DNA of 64,000 nucleotides, from assembly GCA_020637445.1 (NCBI GenBank), contig JACJVZ010000001.1:85108-149107 (forward strand). Reading direction: 5' to 3'. The notes below the pieces were generated by a model. The model was not told the origin of the DNA and did no database searches. It saw only the letters and a program-made list of their open reading frames with translations. The stretch comes from Calditrichota bacterium. Its GTDB lineage: Bacteria > Electryoneota > RPQS01. Positions 39,744 to 50,026 of this stretch are shown piece by piece (positions within the stretch are counted from its first letter, which is position 1; each line of letters opens with the position of its first letter). Both the position numbers and the translations under genes were made by a program.

Positions 39744-41241
39744 AGACTTAGGCGTCTTCCCTTTTGGAAAAGAAGTTGTAGAAGTTAGGCAAGCTGATGA
39801 TTCTCCGAAGAGCGTGTTTATACTAGGTGTTTATGCTAGTGCAGTACACGCTCGATGGATAGGAGCAAATGGAAGGGAATTGGTTAAGTCATTGTCCGTG
39901 TGCAGCGAGTCTGAGATATTCTGGGATGGGTCAAACCAAGACTTGATAATACAAAGAATTGTAGTTCCTAATGATGCTGGAAAGCTAAAGCCATCACATC
40001 TTAATGGCGAGTCAGGAAAGGCTCTCGACAAGCATTTCCTCGCACCACTTCATCTAAATCGGTCACAAGTATGGCTTTCCGACTTGTTACCTTTCTTCCA
40101 TGTGAGGCCTGGGAGTAAACAGGAAAAGCGGATCCACGATACATACAACAATCTTGCAGTTGAGAAAGGATGGCCAGTTGCGAATATCAGAAAACTATCT
40201 ACAAAGTTTGAAACAACTGTTGAACGGGTTTATGAGATAGTAGCTGAGCTTGTTTTGTCTGGTGCTGACATCTTGATTACTCTTGGTGATGATCCGCTGC
40301 GCCTATTTACTTCAAGATTTGATCAGTGGCACCGAGCGAGCCTAAGTGAATACGCTTCCTATGGCAACACATACAAAATCGAAATAGACGGTCGATCATT
40401 GCTGCACTTGCCGCTAGTGCATCCGCGACAGGCTGGAAGACTTGGGAATCACTCCTCCAAATGGAGCGATCTTCATGACCACTGGAAACACGGTGATCCC
40501 AGTTGTTTGATACGATGCCGATTATACGACAATGATTTGTCAAACGTCAACTTTGATAATATTCCAAATTATTGTGGTCGAAACCCTTATTCTGTTTTGC
40601 AATATCTAATCATGCGCTTCTGCACTTACATAGTTAAAAGAGACAAGGGACTAGCTCCTAATCCCTTCTACGGCTACTGCACACTTGCGCTATGTACGCC
40701 TAATCATATGGGGATTAGGCTAAGTGCCGGTGACTGGATTGCAGGATTTACCGACAGAGCGTCAGGTAACAAGCTCGTCTATTGCATGCGAGTTGATGAG
40801 GTGCTTGACTTGGATCACTATTACCATGACCAACGCTTCCAACGCAAGAAGCCCCAGCACAATGGAACTGCTCGGCAGCGAGTCGGTGATAACATGTATT
40901 GGAGAGATGAACGAGGTGTATGGAAACGAGACCCTGAAGCTAGTTTGCACTTCAAGAAGGAGCACTTCAATAGGGATACTCGGCACGCTTTAGTTTACAT
41001 TGGCAGACGATTCCACTATCTTGGTAGGGTAGCCTCTGTTGTTCCGCCGAAGTTCCATGTGCTACCGCCTGCCGGCCGAGGAGTAAGGACGAATCATGAA
41101 GACAATCTTGTTAATGACTTCCTGTCATGGGTGCAGGAATCATTCGAGGTCGGAATTACAGCAATGCCGAGTATGTTTAGTGGTACTTCGGGATGCAGTA
41201 CCGATACTGGTTCCAGTCGCAAAAGCGTCGTATGCGGCTAA
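39736..41241 (+). CDS. Hypothetical 501-aa protein translationally coupled to the GmrSD-like gene; its N-terminal half may have a UDG-like fold lacking canonical catalytic residues (tentative)
   Basis: The start ATGAATAA overlaps the upstream stop. Segments FILGVYASAVHAR, ADILITLGDD and LHLPLVHPRQAG occur in the order and spacing of UDG motifs (ILGQDPY..AHG / LG / HPS) but with the catalytic residues substituted. Cys-rich C-terminal half. Confidence 0.4.
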   Translation: MNKDLGVFPFGKEVVEVRQADDSPKSVFILGVYASAVHARWIGANGRELVKSLSVCSESEIFWDGSNQDLIIQRIVVPNDAGKLKPSHLNGESGKALDKHFLAPLHLNRSQVWLSDLLPFFHVRPGSKQEKRIHDTYNNLAVEKGWPVANIRKLSTKFETTVERVYEIVAELVLSGADILITLGDDPLRLFTSRFDQWHRASLSEYASYGNTYKIEIDGRSLLHLPLVHPRQAGRLGNHSSKWSDLHDHWKHGDPSCLIRCRLYDNDLSNVNFDNIPNYCGRNPYSVLQYLIMRFCTYIVKRDKGLAPNPFYGYCTLALCTPNHMGIRLSAGDWIAGFTDRASGNKLVYCMRVDEVLDLDHYYHDQRFQRKKPQHNGTARQRVGDNMYWRDERGVWKRDPEASLHFKKEHFNRDTRHALVYIGRRFHYLGRVASVVPPKFHVLPPAGRGVRTNHEDNLVNDFLSWVQESFEVGITAMPSMFSGTSGCSTDTGSSRKSVVCG

Positions 41242-41987
41242 TTAGACCTCTATCATACCAACTTCAAGATGTAGTACTGATCTAGCCCCAGAAAACTGTA
41301 CCACTTTGAAAGCAACTGAATAGTCACAAAAGTATTTCTGCACGCTCTCGCTCCGACAAATCGCCCAAAGTCGTCTCGATGTCACTCTAAACGACATTGA
41401 AAACAAAGACTTTTGAGGCCGTTGGAAGTCGGATCAAGAGACTGTTCCTGATGGAGTGTTAAGCCGAGCAAAAACAGTGGGTGTTGGGATGGTGTTTTAG
41501 GAACAGGATGTCGTGTGGGATGTCGGTTGGATGTTTTCTTGGTTAGAAGTAGAATTGGGGTCTGTTTTCGAGCAGAGCGTGTTGACAAGTCTGCTTTCGG
41601 GCAGGCTTTTGCGAGGAGCGAACCAATGGGTCGTCGGATTTGACGACTTTCATTGACTAACGAAACGAGCGACTGTGATTGTTCTTCACAGTCGCATTTC
41701 TTATTGGTGCGGCCCTCAAAGTCAGAGCCAAAAAATGCGGAGTGAACGTACTTGCAGTGCAGCTGATCGAGCAAAACGAAGCTGACCAAAACGGCCAGGC
41801 CAAATTGCTCCCTCAACTAATAGCCGCGACGGCCGGAATCGGGAAGTCTCGGGGGCTTTCACTTCCCCTCGCCTTTTCTATTGATTGAGAGGCATCGACA
41901 ACTGAATTGTCATCATCACTTGTGCCGCAAAACGGCAAATTATTTTTCGATATTTCATCACCTGACAACGTATTTGCTTGACGAGCA

Positions 41988-42749
41988 TTGAAGCAAACTT
42001 ATGCGGAACGATGCGATTTCATCCGTTTCATTTGCATTCTGAAGTTCGTGCTGTTAAATTCTGCTAGTGCTATTTCATGGAAGCAGCGATTCAGACAGGA
42101 CATTAAGATGATTTCGACAGCTAAAATTGACTGGAAGGCGCGCAAAAGGTCGAAGCGCCAGTTTCCGGACGGCATTTGGTCTCGGGCCATTGATCCGTCA
42201 AGTGTTTACCTGTATCGAGCGAACATTCCATTCTACGACCCGAAAAGCAATGCAGGGCCTAGCGATCTCTTCGTACCGGAGTGCCCGCCGGTGTTTTCAA
42301 ATCGGATCGACTTCGCGGAATGGGTGGCTGTGGATGCTAAAAACTACGGAGTAAATTTCGAAGCGGACTACGAGTGGTTTCTCAGGGTCGTTGACGATCT
42401 CAATCTTTATGAGGAAGTAGTTACCCAGGCCTCGAACCACCTAGTGGATACAATCGAGTTTATGGGACCCAATCCGGTGATCAGTCTTGACCACGTTGTC
42501 GGGACTTTGGCGCTTCCACTAATTCTTGAGCGCCTTGTCAAACGGCGCGTGCTCTTGTGGCTGTTTTCTCGCTACGAGAAAGTGGACGTTGTTGCGCGAC
42601 GATTGTCCTATAAACCTGGATCGGATAAACAATGGCCAGGACTTCGGACGTTGTTGAGTCGGTGCGGATTGACGTTGCTAGACGTTCAGAATCCGCAAGC
42701 GTCATGCACGATCTTGGGCGCCGAACGAAAATGGCTAACGAGCAACTAG
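41988..42749 (+). CDS. Hypothetical protein (253 aa; alternative start at 42108)
   Basis: Clean ORF followed by a strong terminator. Confidence 0.4.
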   Translation: MKQTYAERCDFIRFICILKFVLLNSASAISWKQRFRQDIKMISTAKIDWKARKRSKRQFPDGIWSRAIDPSSVYLYRANIPFYDPKSNAGPSDLFVPECPPVFSNRIDFAEWVAVDAKNYGVNFEADYEWFLRVVDDLNLYEEVVTQASNHLVDTIEFMGPNPVISLDHVVGTLALPLILERLVKRRVLLWLFSRYEKVDVVARRLSYKPGSDKQWPGLRTLLSRCGLTLLDVQNPQASCTILGAERKWLTSN

Positions 42750-42772
42750 ACCGAATCAGATTCGCACGCACA

Positions 42773-42806
42773 GTAAACCCGGCTTCCGCCGGGTTTACTG
42801 TTATTG
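42773..42806 (+). terminator. Rho-independent terminator (perfect 11-bp stem), followed by a second 9-bp hairpin
   Basis: GTAAACCCGGC-ttcc-GCCGGGTTTAC followed by TGTTATT. Then GTTGCAGAG...CTCTGCAAC. Confidence 0.6.
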
Positions 42807-43194
42807 GAGGTATGGTTTGTTGCAGAGCCACTCTGCAACACAGATTTTGTTGGCGTGGGCGTTGGCAATAGTGGAAGCGAAAACACGATAGCCGTAAGTT
42901 TGTTCGGTTGGGACGAAGCCAGCACTGTCTACTTCTGAGAATGCGGCAACCCAATCTCTGTGCTTTCAGGCTTTAATTTTTCGCTCGCACACCTCGGCCC
43001 TGAACAAAGCAAGGCGCGCGTATCGTGTCCGACTTCATCAAGAAGTTTGGTCCCCAAGGACGTGCGGTTGATTTGAATGAGTCTTCAAGGGTGCTCATAC
43101 TTTGATGGGACTTGTTGCTCAGAATTTCAATCGCGTCTAGGCGCTCACTTGCACGGTTCCCTGGATTGAACCGAATAACAATAAAGGAGGACTA

Positions 43195-43944
43195 GTGTAC
43201 AACAACCGAATTCATCTGTTCCCTTTCGGACTCGCTGAAGAAGACTATAAGAATTCCCGGTGGGGCGAGGAGGAAGATATCAGTGGTCTCGGCGTTTATG
43301 TGACGCTAATCGCAACAGACCAGAGAACAATGATATTGAAAACTTCGAACAGTTGCGCTTGCGTCAAGCGAATCAAACCTGCGTTGAAGGTATTAGATGG
43401 CCGCCCCGTGGAAAACCGGCGCATCGACACTATCTTTGAACCCTGCGCGTTGGACGCTCACCGAGACCTGTTGCGTTCATTTACCAACGAACACCGTCGC
43501 TGGATTGTCGATGGATGGTATGTTCAGGTTGGGTTTGCTAAGTACGACTCAGTAGGCCAGCCTGGAATCGAAACGTGTATCGGCACATCCATGCTGCTGT
43601 ACGATATCTTGACTGTCCGACACGGTTCAACCTTCACAGTCGACCACGAGCCCCTTGAGCTTTCGGCCAACTCTGTGCGGGACATTAAGCTGGCAATGGG
43701 GCAACACTTCCAGTTCGGGTCAGTCATTTTCACGCCGACTCTGGAACGATACCGAAACAAGGTTGCCGTGATGTGCCGCGCGGCCCTGGCAGGCGAGAAT
43801 CCCGTCAAAGCGTATCAAGAATTCCTTTCCGCTTCGAAAACTCACTTCCTCGATTTCGAGATTCGTGACGCCCCTGACAAGTACGAGACATACGTCACCG
43901 TCAAGGGCGGTCCAGAGAATCGCGCCTGGCGTCAGCAACAGTAG
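43195..43944 (+). CDS. Hypothetical protein (249 aa, GTG start)
   Basis: SD AAAGGAGG 6 nt upstream of the GTG. No motifs recognised. Confidence 0.45.
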   Translation: MYNNRIHLFPFGLAEEDYKNSRWGEEEDISGLGVYVTLIATDQRTMILKTSNSCACVKRIKPALKVLDGRPVENRRIDTIFEPCALDAHRDLLRSFTNEHRRWIVDGWYVQVGFAKYDSVGQPGIETCIGTSMLLYDILTVRHGSTFTVDHEPLELSANSVRDIKLAMGQHFQFGSVIFTPTLERYRNKVAVMCRAALAGENPVKAYQEFLSASKTHFLDFEIRDAPDKYETYVTVKGGPENRAWRQQQ

Positions 43945-44081
43945 CGTTTTCGGTCAATTTAGGAGATCGCTCCACGGAATAGGTGAGTTGCATTGGCAAC
44001 CGAGCAAATCAAGACGACACAACCCAGCAAGAACTACAGATTAGAACCGCAGGAAAATTACAACTGTTTCAGGAGGAATCG

Positions 44082-44498
44082 ATGAAAGACTTCAAGAATC
44101 TCAAGATCGGGACAATGTTCCAGATCGGAATCGTCAAGGAAGTCCAGATGAAAAGTGTGGAAGACTCAAACGGAAAAGTGCTTCCCAAAGTCTTCCTCAA
44201 AGTCGAGGCAGGCACCAACACATTTCACGTGGACGAAGCATTCGCTTGTGGACGTGACCGAGTTGCAAAACCTCAGGGCATGTGGCTCAAACTTGATCCT
44301 GACGGCAACATTCTTGCCTCATGCACGGTCGCAAAAGTGTTGACCTACTACAATGCATCTACATTGCGTGACATGGTCGGCACCCAAGTTTCTTTGTATC
44401 CAAAGCCACAAGGTTTCCTTGTGATCGTCGCCGTAAACCAGGTCAATGGTCACCGCCCCCCAACTCTCGCCGCAAGCGGAAGTAACCGGCAAAGTTGA
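44082..44498 (+). CDS. Hypothetical protein (138 aa)
   Basis: ATG preceded by CAGGAGG. Beta-rich composition. No motifs recognised. Confidence 0.4.
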   Translation: MKDFKNLKIGTMFQIGIVKEVQMKSVEDSNGKVLPKVFLKVEAGTNTFHVDEAFACGRDRVAKPQGMWLKLDPDGNILASCTVAKVLTYYNASTLRDMVGTQVSLYPKPQGFLVIVAVNQVNGHRPPTLAASGSNRQS

Positions 44499-44529
44499 GG
44501 TTCATATTACACGGTATAAGGTAGAGTAG

Positions 44530-44817
44530 GTGAAATCCGTGGGCGAAAAGCTGGACGAGATCCTCGAAATTCTTCGAGAGTATCGCGTTGAATCCGGTGA
44601 AGCGGTTTGGCTCACGCCGGAGGAAGCGGCCGATCGTCTGCGGATTTCGCGTTCGCGCATCTACCAGTACATTCACGAAGGGAGCATCCCATTCCACCGA
44701 TTGCCCGAGTCGAATTTGATTCGACTGAACACGCTCGAACTCGATGCGTGGGTACGGAGTGGGTCGCAACCGCCAAGACAAGTCTCGAAAGAAGCAATCA
44801 GGAGGATTCTAAAATAA
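44530..44817 (+). CDS. Excisionase-family HTH DNA-binding protein (Xis-like)
   Basis: LTPEEAADRLRISRSRIYQYIHEGSIPFHRL is a MerR-like excisionase HTH. Its stop TAA overlaps the integrase start (TAATG). Confidence 0.65.
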   Translation: MKSVGEKLDEILEILREYRVESGEAVWLTPEEAADRLRISRSRIYQYIHEGSIPFHRLPESNLIRLNTLELDAWVRSGSQPPRQVSKEAIRRILK

Positions 44818-45842
44818 TGCCCGTCACGGTACGATGGACAGAAAGGAAAAAGGGTCGAACATACTTTCTCGACATCGTTCACGACGGCCGCAGGAAGAAG
44901 GTGTCGCTCGGCCCAGTTAGCAGTCGCGAGGCTCGCGAAATCGCCGCACGAACGGAGCGTGAACTTCTACTCAATGGTTGGCCCGACGACAAGCCAGGCA
45001 ATCTGACGTTTTCAGAGTTCATGACGCAGTACTTCGACTACTGCATTGCAACAAAGTCTGGCAGCACGGTGAAGACGGATCGATATGCGCTCCAAACCTT
45101 CGCGAAGTACATCGGAAACGCGCAGTTGTCCGAAATCACGACCGACAAGATTGAAGAGTTCCGGCTGTATTTGCTGCGAAAAGTGAAGCCCAATTCCGTG
45201 AACGTTGTGCTTCGTCATTTGAAATCAGCGATGTCCTGGGCTGCCCAACGAGGTCTGATTTCAGCGAGCCCGGCAGCGAAGGTGAAACTGAACCGTGTAC
45301 CCCGGAACACGCACATGCGATTCCTCGACGACGCAGAGATCCAACGCCTACGGGACGCAATAGGCGATGACCTTCAACTTCGGCGCGTAGTAGACTTCGC
45401 GTTGTGGACGGGTCTGCGCCGCAATGAGATAGTGAACTTGCAATGGTCGGATGTCGATTTGAATCGTAAGGTGCTCATCGTTCAGAATAAGGCAGGGTTC
45501 CGCACCAAGTCGGGCAAGTCACGCAGCGTACCGATAAACAGCCAGCTTGAAGAGATGCTGAACGTGATGAAGGCCGCTGGCGCGAGACATGGAGATCACG
45601 TCTTCCCTTTGAACTATTGGACATTGGGCCAGCATTTCCGACGTGTTGCGCGTGCGGCCGGGTTGGACGGATTCAACCTTCACACGCTACGACACACGTT
45701 CGCATCGCATTTGATCATGGCCGGTGCTGACATTCGGTCCGTGCAGGAACTCTTAGGTCATCACGACATCTCGGTAACAATGATCTACAGCCATTTAAGT
45801 CGCGACCATCTAACAGCGACCGTCGAGAAGCTGAAATACTGA
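44817..45842 (+). CDS. int: Tyrosine site-specific recombinase (phage-type integrase)
   Basis: C-terminal catalytic region ...HTLRHTFASHLIMAGADIRSVQELLGHHDISVTMIYSHL carries the R...H-x-x-R...Y signature. RBS AGGAGGA lies upstream of ATG 44817. The longer six-frame extension from 44607 is rejected. Confidence 0.85.
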   Translation: MPVTVRWTERKKGRTYFLDIVHDGRRKKVSLGPVSSREAREIAARTERELLLNGWPDDKPGNLTFSEFMTQYFDYCIATKSGSTVKTDRYALQTFAKYIGNAQLSEITTDKIEEFRLYLLRKVKPNSVNVVLRHLKSAMSWAAQRGLISASPAAKVKLNRVPRNTHMRFLDDAEIQRLRDAIGDDLQLRRVVDFALWTGLRRNEIVNLQWSDVDLNRKVLIVQNKAGFRTKSGKSRSVPINSQLEEMLNVMKAAGARHGDHVFPLNYWTLGQHFRRVARAAGLDGFNLHTLRHTFASHLIMAGADIRSVQELLGHHDISVTMIYSHLSRDHLTATVEKLKY

Positions 45843-45843
45843 A

Positions 45844-45876
45844 CAGGAGACCAAATTGGCCTCCTGTTTCTTTTAG
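45844..45876 (+). terminator. Rho-independent terminator after int
   Basis: ACAGGAG...CTCCTGT followed by TTCTTTT. Confidence 0.55.
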
Positions 45877-45918
45877 GTCTCGCGTATTTTTTGTCGGACT
45901 GAAAATGTCGTCGAAAAA

Positions 45919-45940
45919 AACGGGACAGAAACGGGACAGA
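45919..45940 (+). repeat. Tandem 11-bp direct repeat AACGGGACAGA x2 (possible integrase arm-type or regulatory sites), followed by TTGGTTG-ATAC-TGGTTG
   Basis: Seen directly in the sequence, between int and the tRNA. Confidence 0.5.
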
Positions 45941-45983
45941 TTGGTTGATACTGGTTGCTAAAATCTGGACATACGAATGAACA

Positions 45984-46027
45984 CTTGCGCAAATCCGAAA
46001 AACAAAAAAGCCCTGCAAAACAATGTT
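45984..46027 (-). terminator. Terminator for the tRNA (minus strand)
   Basis: Read on the minus strand: AAAGCCCTGC...GCAGGGCTTT hairpin followed by TTTTTTGTTTTT. Confidence 0.55.
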
Positions 46028-46046
46028 TTAGCAGGGCTTTAACCAG

Positions 46047-46119
<73 letters not shown>

Positions 46120-46189
46120 TTGGGAAGGCCAAGAAAGTACAAAATCCCGAGTTGATTGTCAAGTGGAGAATTTTCGTGGGGTTGGCAGC

Positions 46190-47029
46190 CTACCGTTCAC
46201 GGGCCGGCCGGGGAGCCCAGAAACCGGCGAGAATGGCGAGCGCAACCGCGCTTCCAAGAGAAAGCAACACCCAGCCGGAAGGAGCGGAGATTGGAGTCAA
46301 GATTAACCATCCAACGAACATCATACCGGCACGCAAAACCAGAATCGATACTAGTCCAGCCAGTAGACCCAACACGATTTCAATGATGAGCTGGACAAGT
46401 TCGAGGTCTCTTGGACGAATACCCAGCATGAGCATCAATTGCCAAGCGGTCCGCCTGTTGCGCAAGATCGCTCGCAAAGCCAGACCTACGAGTATCCACG
46501 CAAAAACCGCAAGTGCGCCGATGATGTAGGCCGTCTTGCCGCGCAGCTTGGCGATCCAGTCGTCAAGCCGTTCCCATAAATCCCGCGGATAAATTGCCTG
46601 CAGCACTCCGGGCTTGGCCGATATTTCGGTTACAAATTGATCCAAAGATTCTCGTGTCGGAGCGCGCAGCTTTACACGCAAGATCGGCGGGAACGGATTC
46701 TCGGTCAAAATGTCACGCAGCGATTCGCCCAACTCCTGTTCCACTTCTTCCAAAACCTCACGGGGAGCAAGGGACGTCACAGCCAGCACGTCGGGACGGT
46801 TCCGCAATTCCCGGGCGAGAGCCGTCTGCAGCGAATCATTCGGCGTTGACAGTTCAATCTCGATTGACAGATCATTGAGAAGGGAACCTTTCAATGAGCT
46901 GATCGTCTGCACCGAGATAATCAAGCCTGCCAACAAAGATGTCGAAAGCGAGAGCAGCAAGACGGCCAAAAGCGCCAACGTGGGCCGGGCTATCAACGTC
47001 TGCCATGAAAGTCTGAATAGCAATCCCAT
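46190..47029 (-). CDS. ftsX: Cell division ABC transporter permease FtsX
   Basis: 279 aa with four TM segments and a periplasmic loop. Lies immediately downstream of ftsE and overlaps it by 1 nt. Confidence 0.7.
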   Translation of the reverse strand: MGLLFRLSWQTLIARPTLALLAVLLLSLSTSLLAGLIISVQTISSLKGSLLNDLSIEIELSTPNDSLQTALARELRNRPDVLAVTSLAPREVLEEVEQELGESLRDILTENPFPPILRVKLRAPTRESLDQFVTEISAKPGVLQAIYPRDLWERLDDWIAKLRGKTAYIIGALAVFAWILVGLALRAILRNRRTAWQLMLMLGIRPRDLELVQLIIEIVLGLLAGLVSILVLRAGMMFVGWLILTPISAPSGWVLLSLGSAVALAILAGFWAPRPARER

Positions 47030-47694
47030 CAGACTAACCTACCTTCACGCACGGTCATTTTCTTAGCGCGGCGCGCAAGTTCCGTTGGACGGTGCGTCGT
47101 AAGTACGATAGCCGTACCGCGGGTGTGCGCAAAAGAGAGCAGCGATTCAATCAACTCCACGGATTCGCTGTCCAGATGCGCGAAGGGTTCGTCCGCCAGA
47201 AGTAAAACTGGAGAGTGAATCAACGCACGCGCCATCTGCAATCTTGCTTGCTCGCCGCCGGAAAGTTCATGCGGCTTCCGCAACGCGGCACCGGTCAGCC
47301 CGGCTTCAAGCAGAGCTTTTGTCCCGCGAGCTCGGCACTCCGAAGCAGGCACGCCCGCAATATGAAGGGGCAATGCAACATTGTCGAGGACCGATTCCTC
47401 CTCCAAAAACATCGGCTGCTGAGTCACCACACCGAGTTTTCGCCGCAGCAACGGCTTCTTGTGGGTCGGCAAGGGACGCAACGAAATCCCCACGACTTCG
47501 CCATAGCCCGCCGAGGGTGCAAGATGTCCATAGAGAGCTCTGACCAACGATGTTTTGCCGCTGCCGGTTGGTCCTTCGATGATGAGGAAGTCACCGGCCT
47601 GTAAAATCAAATCCAGCCCGGCCAGAACTGTTTTTCCGCCATTAGAAATCGCGCAATTCTGGAGCAAAACAACGGGCTTACGTTCAGTGGTCAT
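47029..47694 (-). CDS. ftsE: Cell division ABC transporter ATP-binding protein FtsE
   Basis: Walker A GPTGSGKTS. ABC signature LSGGEQARLQMARAL. Walker B LLLADEP. Confidence 0.8.
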   Translation of the reverse strand: MTTERKPVVLLQNCAISNGGKTVLAGLDLILQAGDFLIIEGPTGSGKTSLVRALYGHLAPSAGYGEVVGISLRPLPTHKKPLLRRKLGVVTQQPMFLEEESVLDNVALPLHIAGVPASECRARGTKALLEAGLTGAALRKPHELSGGEQARLQMARALIHSPVLLLADEPFAHLDSESVELIESLLSFAHTRGTAIVLTTHRPTELARRAKKMTVREGRLV

Positions 47695-47972
47695 TTAAGG
47701 AAGGATGAGCGGAATGATGGGATAGAGTGTGCAAGCGGGTTTCGCACGGTCTCTAATCAGACCATGCAGTGAAATTTTTAAGTTAATACCAAACAAATAA
47801 TTAAAATCAAGAACGAGGGTCAAATCTTTTTAGATTGCACCTTTTCACGCTTGCAAAAGTGAGAGGAAATTGAGTATATTCTTGGTCTTAAGACGAAAGA
47901 CGTGAAAAAATGGCAACATGCCATTGTCTATGTCAAGGTAAGCAGGGTCCAAGTTAAAAGTCAAGGAGCAGC

Positions 47973-49970
47973 ATGCCAAATCCCGGAATAATCTCCCTCG
48001 TGGCGGGTGCAGTCGGTCTCGTAATCGCATTTCTGATCTATGGAATGGTCAAGAAGCAGCCTGCGGGAACGGACGTGATGAAAAGTCTCGCGGAAAAGAT
48101 TCACAAAGGCGCCATGGTCTTTCTGAAGGCCGAATACAAGATATTGGCGGGCTTCGTGGTTCTCGTAGCGGTGCTTTTGTTCTTTTTCCACCCCGAACAT
48201 GAAACCGCATACGCGTTCATCGTCGGCGCCGCCTGTTCGATGTTAGCCGGTTACATTGGCATGAATGCCGCAACGATTGCGAACGTCCGCACGACGTGGG
48301 CAGCCAAGGAAAAGGGTCAAGGTCCCGCATTGGTTACCGCGTTTTCCGGCGGAGCGGTGATGGGTTTGGCCGTCGCGTCGTTGGGCTTGATTGGCTTGGG
48401 CGGCTTGTACTACATGCTGGACTTGAATCCCAATGTCAAGGTCGAAGATGCGCTTGTAGGGATGTCGATGGGTGCGTCCTCAATCGCGCTTTTCGCCCGT
48501 GTCGGTGGCGGTATCTTCACCAAAGCTGCTGACGTAGGTGCCGACCTCGTGGGCAAGATGGAGTACAATTTGAACGAAGACGATCCGCGCAACCCCGCCG
48601 TGATCGCCGACAATGTCGGTGACAACGTGGGCGACACCGCCGGAATGGGCGCGGACTTGTTTGAAAGCTATGTCGGCTCGATAGTCGCGGCCATCGCGAT
48701 TGCCGGAACAGGTGCCGCCTATGCATCGCAGAAACTGGCCTTCATGGGCTATCCGATGTTCCTCGCGGTTGCCGGTTTGGTCGCGTCGGTGGTTGGTATC
48801 TTTGCCGTCCGGTTGTTCCAAAAGGGCGATCCTGCGAAAGCGCTGTCATCAGGAACGCTGATTTCCGCGCTTCTTTTCTGGGTCTTCGGTTATTTCGTTA
48901 CGACCGCTCTTGACTTGAAAATGGGCGTATTCTGGGCGATGGTGTCCGGTTCGGTAGTCGGTGGTTTGATTGGCCGCATCACGGAATACTACACGTCCGG
49001 CAGTCCGGTGCAGAAGATTGCGAAGTCGTCGATGACGGGATCCGCCACGACCATCATCACGGGCGTGGCCGTCGGTCTTGAATCCGTTGCGATTCCGATT
49101 ATCTTGATCGGCGCTTCGATTTGGACGAGCTTTTATTTCGCGGACCTCTATGGTATCGCTATTGCCGGTATGGGTATGCTCGCCACGGTGGGCATCGTGA
49201 TGGCCGTCGACGCGTACGGTCCGATCGCGGACAACGCGGGTGGTATTTCCGAGCAGGCTCACTTGGGTCCCGAAGTTCGCAAGATTACCGACAAGCTCGA
49301 CAGTTTGGGCAACACGACCGCCGCGATCGGCAAGGGTTTCGCGATTGGATCTGCGGCTTTGGCTGCGCTCGCGTTGTTCTCCGCCTACACGACGGCAGTC
49401 GGTATCGACATGATCAACCTCGTGGATGCGAAGGTTGTGATCGGTTTGTTCCTTGGTGGCATGATGGCATTTTGGATCGGCGCATTGACGATGACGGCTG
49501 TCGGTCGCGCGGCCTCGGCGATGGTGAACGAGGTTCGCCGCCAGTTTACCGAAATCAAGGGATTGTTGGAAGGTAAAGAAGGTGTGGAACCCGACATCGA
49601 ACGCTGCGTCGCGATTTCCACTCAAGGCTCGCTGCGCGAAATGATTTTGCCCGGCGTGTCCGCGATTTTGGCTCCGATCATTGTCGGTTTCACACTTGGA
49701 CCGCAGGCGCTCGGCGGGCTGCTGGCAGGTGCGACGCTGGCCGGCGTGCTGTTGGCACTCTTTATGGCCAATGCAGGTGGTGCATGGGACAACGCCAAGA
49801 AGTACATTGAATCCGGAGAACACGGCGGCAAGGGCTCGGATGCTCATAAGGCTGCCGTCGTCGGCGACACGGTAGGCGATCCATTCAAGGATACGACCGG
49901 TCCGTCGATGAATATCTTGATCAAGTTGATGGCGATCGTGGCACTCGTGCTCGCGCCGCTGCTTAAGTAG
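47973..49970 (+). CDS. hppA: Membrane-bound proton/sodium-translocating pyrophosphatase (H+-PPase)
   Basis: [18 protein letters not shown] and DNVGDNVGD...[10 protein letters not shown] motifs. 665 aa with many TM helices. Confidence 0.9.
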   Translation: MPNPGIISLVAGAVGLVIAFLIYGMVKKQPAGTDVMKSLAEKIHKGAMVFLKAEYKILAGFVVLVAVLLFFFHPEHETAYAFIVGAACSMLAGYIGMNAATIANVRTTWAAKEKGQGPALVTAFSGGAVMGLAVASLGLIGLGGLYYMLDLNPNVKVEDALVGMSMGASSIALFARVGGGIFTKAADVGADLVGKMEYNLNEDDPRNPAVIADNVGDNVGDTAGMGADLFESYVGSIVAAIAIAGTGAAYASQKLAFMGYPMFLAVAGLVASVVGIFAVRLFQKGDPAKALSSGTLISALLFWVFGYFVTTALDLKMGVFWAMVSGSVVGGLIGRITEYYTSGSPVQKIAKSSMTGSATTIITGVAVGLESVAIPIILIGASIWTSFYFADLYGIAIAGMGMLATVGIVMAVDAYGPIADNAGGISEQAHLGPEVRKITDKLDSLGNTTAAIGKGFAIGSAALAALALFSAYTTAVGIDMINLVDAKVVIGLFLGGMMAFWIGALTMTAVGRAASAMVNEVRRQFTEIKGLLEGKEGVEPDIERCVAISTQGSLREMILPGVSAILAPIIVGFTLGPQALGGLLAGATLAGVLLALFMANAGGAWDNAKKYIESGEHGGKGSDAHKAAVVGDTVGDPFKDTTGPSMNILIKLMAIVALVLAPLLK

Positions 49971-49991
49971 ATTCGATTAGTATGAAAGTGA

Positions 49992-50026
49992 AACGGGCGA
50001 CCATGTTGGTCGCCCGTTTTTTTATT
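49992..50026. terminator. Bidirectional rho-independent terminator between hppA and the converging transporter gene
   Basis: AACGGGCGACC...GGTCGCCCGTT flanked by T/A tracts. Confidence 0.6.

Noticed and set aside
41382-41816. 144-aa minus-strand ORF in the 750-bp intergenic region
   Set aside because: No RBS and a low-complexity translation. The region is better described as non-coding.
44607-44816. Upstream extension of the integrase ORF
   Set aside because: It overlaps the excisionase gene in another frame. The ATG at 44817 has AGGAGGA upstream and TAATG coupling.
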